Shown: positions 1 to 9,491 of the stretch, piece after piece
Layout of the letters: each line of letters starts with the position of its first letter
How positions within the stretch are numbered: the first letter of the stretch is position 1
NCBI GenBank assembly: GCA_937873535.1
Contig: CALMYA010000004.1
Location: 1-37,393 of the forward strand
DNA: 37,393 bases
Reading direction: 5' to 3'
Source of the DNA: an uncultured bacterium
Lineage (GTDB): Bacteria > Patescibacteriota > Minisyncoccia > Phycocordibacterales > CAIZLB01
The notes under the pieces: model-generated
The model's input: the letters and a program-made list of their open reading frames with translations, nothing else
Told to the model about the DNA's origin: nothing
Database searches by the model: none
Program-made: the position numbers and the translations under genes

Positions 1-3000
1 CTTGATAATTTTCAACATATACAAAATTATTTAAATAGAGGACCCCGCGCGGACCTTTACCTACAGCTACAGTGGCTGAAACAGCCTTATTTGAATCATT
101 TATAACAGAAACTGTATTATCATTGTAATTTGCCACATATACCTTTGTACCTGAAACTCCTACACCTCTCGGGCCAGAGCCAACTTGTATTGTATTGGTG
201 ACAACTTTTGTAGAAGTATTTATGACAGACACAGTATTGCTCATGCTGTTTGCTACATATATGTTGTTCCCCAAGGCTTTTATTCCTTTAGGATACGTTC
301 CTACCCCAATAGTGTTCGTTACCAAGTGAGTAGAAGTATTTATGACAGACACAGTATTTGATTCTGAATTTGTGACATACATTTCACTACCTGAGGTTGT
401 TACATAGTAAGGCTGGCTACCTACAATAATATTATGGGTAACAGTGTTGTAGGTTCCACTTAGCGGGTCGGCATCAATTACAGATACGCTATTCCATCCT
501 ATATTTGCAACATATACTTCTTTACTAGCACTATTATAAGCAACACCATATGGTTCATTACCAACAGAAATCGTAGCGACAACAGCATTAGAATTTGAGC
601 TGACAACCGATACTGTGTCATCTTTCTGATTTGCTACATATATATTGTTTCCAACTGTTACCATTTGATATGGGTTGCTGCCGACAGAAATTTTGCCATA
701 TGTCGTACTTCCCACAATAATATCTTTAACATTTCCTATGTTTGCATCAGTATCATAGGAAAGATTCGGTGAAGCAGGAACAGTATATGTAGTATCTGCT
801 ACATTACCTGTATTTTTAACTGAGGCACTAACAATACTAGAAACAGAAAGGTCTGGTGAATCGTCTGTAGAACCGACTGTATACGTTCCAGAAAGTGTTG
901 AACCTGAAATTGTGCTCAAAACTACACTTGCCGTACTCGAACTGTTAAGGCACACCGTCATTGTTGAACCTGACCCAAGATTCATATCGAAATTTGCTGT
1001 AATATTAATTGTCTGACCAGAAGTATACGTTCCGTTTGAAGTATTTGAGGTAAACGAAGTTAGAACGGGGGTTACAAGACATGTTGACCCCAACGAAATT
1101 GGAGTATCAGTAATAGTGTCGATGACAAAAGTATTACCTTGGGTTAAGTTTGCATACAATTTTGTACCCACAGGGAAAATAGAGGTCATCCTAAGTCCTG
1201 ATGCCCCCAAACCAATATGAGAAACGACTGTATCAGTGGATGTATCTATTACACTAATTACATTAGTTCGCATAGCATACAATTTCGTACCTACAGCATA
1301 TAAATCTAGAGGTAAATCAGATAATGGAATTACCTTGGTTACTAAATCTGTATTCGTATCAACAACAGTAACACCAATTGGAGTGCTTGTGGTTAAATAT
1401 AATTTATCACCTACGAGGTGCATTTTTCTGTCACCTTTTGGACCTATGGTAGTTGAAGCTATAACAGTATTATATGTCAGGCTGGTTGGGTCTACATCGA
1501 TGACGTCCAATTTATTTTCGCCAGAAACATAGATTTTATTTTTTGTGTATACAAAAGACTCCGGAAATGTAGAAACCGGTATTGTTGCCCGAACTGTATT
1601 AAAATTCACACTTGATGGGTCTGAATCTATTACAGATATACTACCACTGAGATAGTTAGAGACATATACCCTATTACCAACAGAAAAAAGATACAGCGGG
1701 GCAGTCCCTACAGTAATTGTGGCAACAGTGGAGCCCGTAGCTGTATTAAAGACTGAAACTTTGTCCTGCGAAGCGCTATAAATATAACGCCCAACTACAG
1801 CAATGTTGTAACTATTACTGTTTCCTGTAGTGACAGGTATAGTTGAGCTTGCGTATGTGATTGTGTTTAAGACATTCAAAGCGGCGGTACCACCGTTTGT
1901 TTTTCCGTACATTGCTTGCCCCAATGGAGAAATATAATAAAGTTGACTAAACCCCTTTATCTCACTTACAATTTTATCAATCACAGTATTAATAACTGTT
2001 ATTCGGCTTGTCGATTTGACCATAAAAAGTCTATCGCCTATTGGATACTGATTTATAGAATTGTCATCAACATTAGCGTTCGATTCCCTAATTACACAAC
2101 TGCCGGTTGATATGATGTTTATAGAAATATCTGAGCCTACAGAAATATTATCGCCCGAAAGAGTATAAGAACTGACCACATTACCAAGGGTGTCAGAAAC
2201 AGAGGCACTACTCACAGATTGTACAGATAGGTCTATTGTCGATTCTGATGATGACCCTACCACATAGTTACCTGAGATAGTACTGCCCGAAACAGTACCT
2301 AATGTTATTGTCGCACCGGTGTTTAAAGTGAGCACCATAGTTGAAGTAGTTGAAAGGCTATTGTTGAAAGTAGCAACAACATGTACAGTCTGCCCTTCAT
2401 TATAATTACCGCTTGGACTTGTTGAGGTATAAGATACTAGATGAGGGAGGGGGACAATAGACACAGATTCTCCACTAAAGCTTTCCGACTTATTACCTAT
2501 AGCATCTCCTACATAGTTTGATCCTGGTGCGTTGTAATCGACGGTTACTGTGTCTGTTATAGCCACAGGGTCGCTAAGCGTAACTAGTACATTTTTTCCC
2601 GAAATAGCAACACTCGTGATATCCGCGCTTACTGGCCCACTACCACTATCAACATATACGGTATAAGGGGTTGAAGAGAGCCCGGGGGAATACAAATCTT
2701 CATCATACGTCAAGTAAATTATTGAAGTCCCCTCGCTTATGCTAGCAGAGACGAAGCTCGGAGCGGTAGTGTCTATAACTAGTGCAGATGTGGTCGCAAT
2801 ATTGTTAGAATTTGGCACAGAATAAATAGTCTCTATATCACCATGAAGATTGGATATTGATGCGCTATCTATTGAAGATACAGTAAGGTCGCTAGAGTTT
2901 TCGTCGCTACCCACAGTATAAGTTCCAGAAAGAGTGGAGGATGCAATTACACTTAAAGTGATGGCGGCGCCAGTGTCTAGGGTTACAATCATTGTAGATC

Positions 3001-3511
3001 CCCCCCCGAGGGCTTTGTTGAACCGAGCGGTAATATTAATACTTGACCCAATGCCATAGGTACCGTTAGTGGTATTAGAGGTAAAAGACGTAATAGTGGG
3101 AGTACTATACGAACACGACCCATCGTCGTGATTAGCAGTAGGATCATAATTATCTGCATCACCATCGGTACAGCCATCAATCAGAACAATTGTGTCAATC
3201 TGTATAGCACTCGTATCCGCAATATTACTCTGCAATCCTGCCATAGAAGTGCTGGTATTTATATGATTCCCCACATCTTTCACTGACGCGCTGTCTATTG
3301 AAGACACTGTCAGGTGGCTGGAATTTTGGTCGGCAAGTACAGTGTATGTGCCGTATAGGGTCATGCCAGAAATAGTGCTTAATGTTGTTGTCGCTCCGGT
3401 GTCTAGGCTTACAAGCATCGTAGAGCCTGCGCCAAGGGCTCTATCAAAAGTTGCGGTTATATTTATTTCAGCACCTATTCCATACGAACCATCTGTGTTA
3501 GTTGAGGTAAA
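1..3511 (-). CDS. C-terminal continuation (3' end lies beyond the window edge) of a giant secreted repeat protein. It contains ~95-aa Ig-like modules, a SwmB-like Ig repeat, a Cys-bracketed CTD..NYDP..DDGSC linker and two blocks of YVTN-type beta-propeller repeats. Only the TAG at 3512-3514 separates it from its N-terminal part.
   Basis: I checked every codon by hand in the minus-strand frame (codons at 2-4, 5-7 ... 3509-3511) and found no TAA, TAG or TGA in 1,170 codons. It is absent from the ORF track because it has no stop inside the window. The translation contains SNTVSVINTSTKVVTNTIQVGSGPRGVGVSGTKVYVANYNDNTVSVIN (YVTN beta-propeller signature) and repeated modules FTSNT.NGTY..G..INITA.F....GSTM.V.L.TGA...L..ISGSTLSGTYTVG....S.DL.VSSI.SASV. 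Confidence 0.85.
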
Positions 3512-4552
3512 CTACACTATACCTGGCCCAGGAAAAATACAAGATCCGTTGTCTATATTTGCATTAGGATCATAGTTATCAGCAGAAGAATCTGTACAAC
3601 CATGAATACTTATACTCCCCACAACTTCACCTGAAAGTGAAATCGCAGAATTATGTGCTATATCCTGTATAGGGCTTCCACCAGGCATATAATCTATAGT
3701 TAGACTGTCACTGTAGGAAGGGGGCTGTGTAGTTGTGAGTACAACTGTTGAACCTACAATACCTACACCGCTAAAAGTCATGGTGGTGCCCTGTGTCACA
3801 TTATTAGCGACAAACGCACTTACATCTGGTGTAGAACCATCTAAATCTTCATTATATGTAAGTGTAAGAGTGTCATCAGTCATACTTGCACTAGAAAAAG
3901 TTGGTGCAGTTGTATCCCATGTAAAAGAAACACCTGCGGTATTGCTTCCCCCAGCATTTGTACCTCTTATATTTAATGTGTGTGTGCCATCACCTGTTGG
4001 TGCAGAGATATCAGAACCGGCGTTGGAGCAGTCTACAATGTTTACATAACTTGTATCATCAAAACTGTATTCGCAAGTAGTTGCAGTATCCCAATTTACA
4101 GAAGGAGACCATAAAACATTACTAACAGTAGAGGCGCCTGTAGGAGCAGTTATAGATACAACAGGAGGAACAGTATACGTAAATGAGATAGTGTTAGAAT
4201 TCGAATTAGAGGAATCGAAACTATCGAATGCACGGAAGTATATTAAGTGCTCTCCCTCTGCCATACTTATAGTATATAGTGAGGTTCCACAGTCTACAGG
4301 CACTTCCCCCGCACTATCTAAATTATAGTAGCAAGAAAGCCAGCTAATTCCCCCGTCACCGTCTAAAGGCCAGGTGACATCAAATGCGTTAGTAAGGGTG
4401 CCAATGGTAGAACCGTCTGTAGGTGTGTTAATTACTGGAGCATCTACAGCCTTAGCGCGGGGAGCGTGATAAACATACGCAAAAGAAAACAAGGCAAGTA
4501 TTGCGCATAATGTGCCAATATTTTTCAACCATTGTTTTTTAAACAATTTCAT
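3512..4552 (-). CDS. N-terminal part of the same secreted repeat protein (signal peptide plus Ig-like/SwmB-like modules). It ends at an in-frame TAG.
   Basis: ORF track gives 346 aa. The N-terminus MKLFKKQWLKNIGTLCAILALFSFAYVYHAPRAKA looks like a Sec signal peptide. TAPTFSSASMTDDTLTLTYNEDLDGSTPDVSAFVANNV... resembles the SwmB-type Ig repeat (recognised from memory). The C-terminus carries GCTDSSADNYDPNANIDNGSC. Confidence 0.85.
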   Translation of the reverse strand: MKLFKKQWLKNIGTLCAILALFSFAYVYHAPRAKAVDAPVINTPTDGSTIGTLTNAFDVTWPLDGDGGISWLSCYYNLDSAGEVPVDCGTSLYTISMAEGEHLIYFRAFDSFDSSNSNSNTISFTYTVPPVVSITAPTGASTVSNVLWSPSVNWDTATTCEYSFDDTSYVNIVDCSNAGSDISAPTGDGTHTLNIRGTNAGGSNTAGVSFTWDTTAPTFSSASMTDDTLTLTYNEDLDGSTPDVSAFVANNVTQGTTMTFSGVGIVGSTVVLTTTQPPSYSDSLTIDYMPGGSPIQDIAHNSAISLSGEVVGSISIHGCTDSSADNYDPNANIDNGSCIFPGPGIV

Positions 4553-4559
4553 TCACCAA

Positions 4560-6410
4560 TTATATCACATTCGCCGCCCTAATAAATTCACTAAATAGTG
4601 GATGCGGGTCAAGCGGCCGAGCTAAAAATTCTGGGTGGAATTGGGCGCCGACAAAAAATGGATGCTTATTTTTAGGGCCGCTTTTACCGCCATTTTTACC
4701 CTTGCCGCGAGGCAATTCGGCTATTTCCATAAGATGCCCGTCGGGAGAAACGCCAGAAAATACGAGTCCGGCATTTTGAATATCTGAAATATAGTTTGGG
4801 TTAACTTCATAACGATGGCGGTGACGCTCGAATATAATGTGCCTGCCTTTATTTTTAACCTTGCTGCCTGCATCAGAGCTTCCACCAACCCACCCCGCCT
4901 TCGTGTATGCCGAATCGGCAATACTTCCCTGCATCAAAACACATGGGTAACCGCCGAGCCTCATAGATGCACCGTACTTGCCTTGCGCTAAAAGTTTTTT
5001 CTGATGTTCCATTATATCTATAACTACATGGGGCGCACTTGGGTTTATTTCAGCGGTGTTCGCCCCCTCAAGACCTACTACATGCCGCGCATATTCTATA
5101 ACCATAAGTTGCATGCCATAACAAAGACCGAAATATGGAATGGCGTTTTCGCGGGCATACTTTATAACAGCAATTTTACCTTCAATACCACTTTCACCAA
5201 AACCTCCCGGTACCAGTATGCCGCTAATTTTTTGCTGCTTCGCCGAACTATTTTTACCGACTTTTCCTGTTTTGCGACCAAAAGTTTTTTCGAGATTTTT
5301 TCGTATTTCAGCAGGCGTCATAGGGCTTTTAGCGCTATTTTCAAAATCTTTAGAATTTACCCAGTGCAACATCAGTTTTATATTCTGATGAAATGCCGAA
5401 AATTTTAAAGCTTCTATTACCGAAACATATGCATCAGAAAGAACGAAACCGCCTGTATCAAAATATTTTCCTACTACTGCTATATGAACTTCCTTACCTT
5501 CACTTCTAGCCTTTTTAGTTTTTGTTACAAAATTTCTCCATTCCGAAAGGTCGGTGGCGCGCTTCGGTAAATGAAGGTCACGCTCTATCATGTCGCCTAT
5601 TTTGTCTCGTTCAAAATTTAGCGGCACATCGTATATGCTTTCTATGTCTGGCGCAGAAATTACATTTTCTATTGGAACGTTGCATGAATAGGCAATTTTT
5701 TCTTTTCGCTTCTGGTCGAGCGGCACTGTACTTCTCGCTATTATAAAATCGGCCTGAACACCATAAGATTGCAACTGGTGTATTGCATTCTGGGTTGGCT
5801 TCGATTTCATTTCACCCAAAGTGCCCGGTACAGGCAAATATGAAACCATCACGAATACTACATCTTGAGGAAAACGTAATTTAAAAGTTCTTGCCGCTTC
5901 AATAAACATAATGTTCTGATAGTCGCCGACAGTACCACCAATTTCTACAATAGTAATGTCGCTTTTGTTCGCTTCGCCTGCTGCTTTAATTCTTTCAAAA
6001 ATTTGGTCGCGTATAGTGTCGGCATCAATGCATTTACCTTTATAACCAAGTGCGCGCTCTTTTTCAATTACTTCTTTATATACCATTCCGCTCGTCATAT
6101 AGTCGGCGTTCGTAAGGTCGCGATTAAGAAAACGCTCGTAATTACCCATGTCTTGGTCGGTTTCGAGGCCGCTATTTAAAACAAAAACCTCACCATGTTC
6201 GGTGGGGTTCATTGTTCCCGCATCTACGTTCAAATACGGGTCGGCTTTCACGATGTTCACCTTATATTTTTTAGCCTCGAGAATAGTTCCTATAGATGAA
6301 GTAGTGATTCCCTTTCCTACACCCGACATTACCCCACCGATGACAAAAATATATTTGTGATTTCTGGTTTTTTTATTGGATGTTTTGACAGAAGCTACCA
6401 TAGAAACCAT
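4560..6410 (-). CDS. pyrG: CTP synthase (616 aa, longer than the usual ~545 aa)
   Basis: N-terminal KYIFVIGGVMSGVGKG, the glutamine amidotransferase active site GLCYGMQ, and the C-terminal ERHRHRYEVN and QFHPEF motifs. The start overlaps the ftsX stop by 1 nt (TAATG). Confidence 0.95.
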   Translation of the reverse strand: MVSMVASVKTSNKKTRNHKYIFVIGGVMSGVGKGITTSSIGTILEAKKYKVNIVKADPYLNVDAGTMNPTEHGEVFVLNSGLETDQDMGNYERFLNRDLTNADYMTSGMVYKEVIEKERALGYKGKCIDADTIRDQIFERIKAAGEANKSDITIVEIGGTVGDYQNIMFIEAARTFKLRFPQDVVFVMVSYLPVPGTLGEMKSKPTQNAIHQLQSYGVQADFIIARSTVPLDQKRKEKIAYSCNVPIENVISAPDIESIYDVPLNFERDKIGDMIERDLHLPKRATDLSEWRNFVTKTKKARSEGKEVHIAVVGKYFDTGGFVLSDAYVSVIEALKFSAFHQNIKLMLHWVNSKDFENSAKSPMTPAEIRKNLEKTFGRKTGKVGKNSSAKQQKISGILVPGGFGESGIEGKIAVIKYARENAIPYFGLCYGMQLMVIEYARHVVGLEGANTAEINPSAPHVVIDIMEHQKKLLAQGKYGASMRLGGYPCVLMQGSIADSAYTKAGWVGGSSDAGSKVKNKGRHIIFERHRHRYEVNPNYISDIQNAGLVFSGVSPDGHLMEIAELPRGKGKNGGKSGPKNKHPFFVGAQFHPEFLARPLDPHPLFSEFIRAANVI

Positions 6411-7339
6411 TATACCTTAAGATACTTACGGATAGCCAAAATGCTTGAAAGTGCACCGACAACTACACCTGAACCAACTATGTATAGAAGGAAACTACCA
6501 AAATGAGAGATGTAATATGCGAACAAGTTTATGCCTGTGCCTATGTCAGCAGCCACAGGGCCTACCCAATATGAGAACGGGTACAGAATAACAAGAGTAA
6601 GAATACCCGACACTAGCCCGTACATAATGCCAACTGTAACGAACGGCCCGCGAATATACATTTCACTGGCACCAACGAGGCGCATAACTGAAATTTCTTC
6701 TCGGAAGACATAAATAGCGAGACGAATCGTGTTAAAGGTAATAAGAACTGAAACACAGACGAAGAAGACAATAACAATTAGGCCGAGCCTGTTTGAGGCA
6801 TCTATCATGCGACCCAATGCATCGATTGCTTGCTTATTCTCTGTATAATTTATGCGGTCAATAATGCCACCCGCACCACTCGGTGAGCCATCTTTTTTAT
6901 CTTCAAGAAAACGTACAACGCTTTCATATTGAGACGGGTCGGCAGCCTTTATATTAAGGCTGGCACCAAGAGGGTTTGTGCCAAGTTCGTCGAGGGCCTG
7001 CAATGTGAGCTGATCATTCTGGTGCCTCTGGCGAAATTCTTCGAGAGCCTCTGTACTAGATTTATATGTCACCAAATTTACCTGCGGCAATGTTTGTATA
7101 GACTTTGAAAGAACTGTAATGTCATCGGCATTTGCATCTTTAACAAAATAAACGTTAATGTCTACCTTGTCTTTAATATTACCAAGTGTCGATTGAAGCA
7201 TGGCGCCAGTAAACATAATGCCTGCGATAACACACAAAGTTACTGTCATTATAAGTACGGCCGCAAGAGAAACATATCCATTCCTCCAAAAACTTATGAA
7301 TCCTGACCGCAATGTTCGTTTGATTTTTGTCCAGAGCAT
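6410..7339 (-). CDS. ftsX: Cell division permease-like protein FtsX
   Basis: 309 aa, with one N-terminal TM segment, a periplasmic loop and three C-terminal TM segments. It lies directly downstream of ftsE, which is the classical ftsEX arrangement. Confidence 0.85.
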   Translation of the reverse strand: MLWTKIKRTLRSGFISFWRNGYVSLAAVLIMTVTLCVIAGIMFTGAMLQSTLGNIKDKVDINVYFVKDANADDITVLSKSIQTLPQVNLVTYKSSTEALEEFRQRHQNDQLTLQALDELGTNPLGASLNIKAADPSQYESVVRFLEDKKDGSPSGAGGIIDRINYTENKQAIDALGRMIDASNRLGLIVIVFFVCVSVLITFNTIRLAIYVFREEISVMRLVGASEMYIRGPFVTVGIMYGLVSGILTLVILYPFSYWVGPVAADIGTGINLFAYYISHFGSFLLYIVGSGVVVGALSSILAIRKYLKV

Positions 7340-7340
7340 A

Positions 7341-8090
7341 TTATTTGGTGTTTAATTTTGAATTTGTTTTTTCTTTCGTGTGACCCTCATGTTTTGTAAC
7401 CGGAACATGCTCGCTTTTGCCGAACACAGCATCGGTGTCATGCACCACCCTTCCGCCTTGCATAGTAATAACTCTTTTTCCTAAATGCTCAATAATGCCC
7501 GTATTGTGCGTAGTAAGTAAAATTGTCGTACCCAAATCATTTATTTTTTTCAAAATTTGAATGATGTCGTACGTGTTAACGGGGTCGAGGCTTCCTGTTG
7601 GTTCATCGGCAACAATAAGGTCTGGCTGGTTAACAATTGCTCGGGCAATTGCCACGCGCTGTTTTTCTCCGCCTGAAAGTTGATGCGGAAAATTATGAAG
7701 CTTCTTGCCGAGATCTACAAGTTCTAGAACATGAGGCACATCAGAAGCAATTTCTTCATCTGTTCTGCCTGCCGCTTCCATGGCGAAGGCCACGTTTTCA
7801 TATGCTGTCTTATCTGGAAGAAGGCGAAAATCTTGAAATACTGTTCCTATGCGTCGACGGTAGTCGTTCATTTCGCTTTTGCGCAACGAGTTAATGTCAA
7901 TTTTTTCAAAATAAACAGTGCCTTGAGTAGGAGCTTCTTCGGCAAGAATCATCTTTAGAAGAGTGGTCTTTCCCGCTCCTGACTGGCCGACTATAGAAAC
8001 AAACTCTTTCGGCCTAATATGAAGGGAAATATCGTCGAGGGCGTTTGTTTCGTCTTTATATTTCTTTGAGACTTTGTTCAAGTGGAGCAT
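7341..8090 (-). CDS. ftsE: Cell division ATP-binding protein FtsE (ABC ATPase)
   Basis: Walker [13 protein letters not shown] signature LSGGEKQR and Walker B LIVADEPT. Confidence 0.9.
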   Translation of the reverse strand: MLHLNKVSKKYKDETNALDDISLHIRPKEFVSIVGQSGAGKTTLLKMILAEEAPTQGTVYFEKIDINSLRKSEMNDYRRRIGTVFQDFRLLPDKTAYENVAFAMEAAGRTDEEIASDVPHVLELVDLGKKLHNFPHQLSGGEKQRVAIARAIVNQPDLIVADEPTGSLDPVNTYDIIQILKKINDLGTTILLTTHNTGIIEHLGKRVITMQGGRVVHDTDAVFGKSEHVPVTKHEGHTKEKTNSKLNTK

Positions 8091-8112
8091 TATTTGATTA
8101 TATCAAAGATTC

Positions 8113-8208
8113 GAGGCAGGACAACACGAGCAAAATACACTTGAGGGAGCATGCGTATCTGCGATATGCTCCCTCAAGTGTATTTTGCTCGTGTTGTCCT
8201 GACGCCTC
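8113..8208. repeat. Long intergenic hairpin, copy A. Perfect 35-bp stem (8118-8152 / 8166-8200), 13-nt loop GCGTATCTGCGAT, and an outer GAGGC/GCCTC clamp.
   Basis: The inverted repeat was read directly from the sequence. It shares the 17-nt apex ATGCGTATCTGCGATAT and the word CAAAATAC with copy B at 34539-34605. Confidence 0.85.
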
Positions 8209-8214
8209 TCAATA

Positions 8215-9159
8215 TTATAAAAGCTTTTCAGCGTCGATGAATTCGTCGAGGTCGCCGTTTAAAACTTTTTCGACTTGGCTGGTTTCGCAGTTGGTGCGAT
8301 GATCTTTTACCATTTTATACGGATGCAGAACGTATGAGCGTATTTGATTGCCCCACTCGATGTCGGTAGTCTTACTTATATACATACCTTTTTCTTTCGC
8401 TGTGCGCTCTTCTTCCATGCGTGCATATAGCTTTCCCTTCAAAATTTCTATGCCTTTTTCTTTATTTTGCATTTGAGAACGTTCACTCGTAACATGCACC
8501 GAAAGTTTCGTAGGTTTATGCACAATTCGTACCGCAGTTTCGCGCTTGTTCACATTTTGACCACCAGGGCCGCCGGCTCTTGCCGTGGTTACGTCTAAGT
8601 CATCGTCTTTTATTTCAATATCGTTTGGCCCCGCGTTTTTTTCAAATTTTGGAATAACTTCCAACATTGAAAATGAAGTGTGCCTCAATTGCTTTGCATT
8701 AAAAGGCGAAAGGCGCACTAAGCGATGCACACCCGATTCGCGTTTAAGAGTGCCATACACATTCTTTCCTAATATTTCAAAAGTAATATTACGGAAACCG
8801 CCGCGCTCGTTTTGATTCTCATGAATAATGCTCGCCTGCCAACCGCGCTTGCCGATATACTTAGAATACATTTCAAAAAGCATGCGTGAAAAATCTTCAG
8901 CATCGTCACCGCCTGCACCTGAAAATATAGTAACAACAGCTCCACCCATGTCATACGGGCCAAAATTACCACCCTGCCCGCCTGCTTCGCGGCGTGCTTT
9001 CAAATCTTGCAATTCTTTTATAAAGGCCTGCGCCTGCTCTTTATTGTTCCAAAAGTCGCCCTGAAGCATAGCCTCTTCTATTTCAGCTATGCGCTCTGAA
9101 AATGGGTCAGCTTCGGGCGAGGCCTTTTGAGTGTTTTTATCTGCAGTATCGTCTATCAT
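8215..9159 (-). CDS. prfB: Peptide chain release factor 2 (short form, 314 aa, no programmed frameshift visible)
   Basis: SPF tripeptide (RLSPFNA), GGQ motif ([10 protein letters not shown]), and a C-terminus ([13 protein letters not shown]) typical of class I release factors. Confidence 0.9.
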   Translation of the reverse strand: MIDDTADKNTQKASPEADPFSERIAEIEEAMLQGDFWNNKEQAQAFIKELQDLKARREAGGQGGNFGPYDMGGAVVTIFSGAGGDDAEDFSRMLFEMYSKYIGKRGWQASIIHENQNERGGFRNITFEILGKNVYGTLKRESGVHRLVRLSPFNAKQLRHTSFSMLEVIPKFEKNAGPNDIEIKDDDLDVTTARAGGPGGQNVNKRETAVRIVHKPTKLSVHVTSERSQMQNKEKGIEILKGKLYARMEEERTAKEKGMYISKTTDIEWGNQIRSYVLHPYKMVKDHRTNCETSQVEKVLNGDLDEFIDAEKLL

Positions 9160-9187
9160 TTAGACATTATACTTTATTGAGTTGTTT

Positions 9188-9400
9188 TTACACTGCCTCA
9201 AGAGTATCGAGCCGGTGGTCAATTCGGGAGTGAAGAGCACCTTGCGATTTTATATGTTCTTTAAGAAAAACATTCATAGATGTGGCTTCCTCAGCAAGTT
9301 CGGCAATCATCTGGGTCATAGAATCGAATCTTTTGTCTACCCGCTCCATAGCATTGTTAAAATCATTTTTTGTAATGTAATCGTTTGGCATGTTTTGCAT
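9188..9400 (-). CDS. Hypothetical small helical protein (70 aa)
   Basis: ORF track only. It points the same way as its neighbours and has a charged, coiled-coil-like composition. I recognise no family. Confidence 0.45.
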   Translation of the reverse strand: MQNMPNDYITKNDFNNAMERVDKRFDSMTQMIAELAEEATSMNVFLKEHIKSQGALHSRIDHRLDTLEAV

Positions 9401-9491
9401 ATATTTATATATCCATTATTTACCTATTAATGCCACAAGTCTACCTTTTAGACATGAAGCGCCCATAAAGAAAATATAAAGGTTTTTTGAG

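Noticed and set aside
210-358. A 29-nt exact direct repeat (210-238 and 330-358) as a possible mobile-element or CRISPR-like repeat
   Set aside because: The copies are exactly 120 nt (40 codons) apart inside the coding frame. They encode the same SNTVSVINTST segment of consecutive YVTN beta-propeller blades. This is protein-repeat duplication, not an independent DNA element.
3512-3514. An alternative genetic code (TAG, or UGA, read as sense) to explain the interrupted giant gene
   Set aside because: TAG ends several neighbouring ORFs at sensible lengths (stops at 10019, 13621, 14152, 16112, 16799). An RF2 gene, which decodes UGA and UAA, is present. All housekeeping ORFs are intact under the standard code.
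4721-6360. Several antisense or alternative-frame ORFs inside pyrG. The same applies inside ligA, gatA, the helicase and the NRAMP gene.
   Set aside because: Each lies wholly within a confidently identified gene. They have biased, repetitive translations typical of shadow ORFs.
9160-9400. A programmed +1 frameshift joining the 70-aa ORF to prfB, as in E. coli prfB
   Set aside because: The upstream ORF ends in TAA rather than UGA. It lies 28 nt before the prfB ATG, there is no CUU UGA C-like slippery context, and its sequence does not resemble the RF2 N-terminus.
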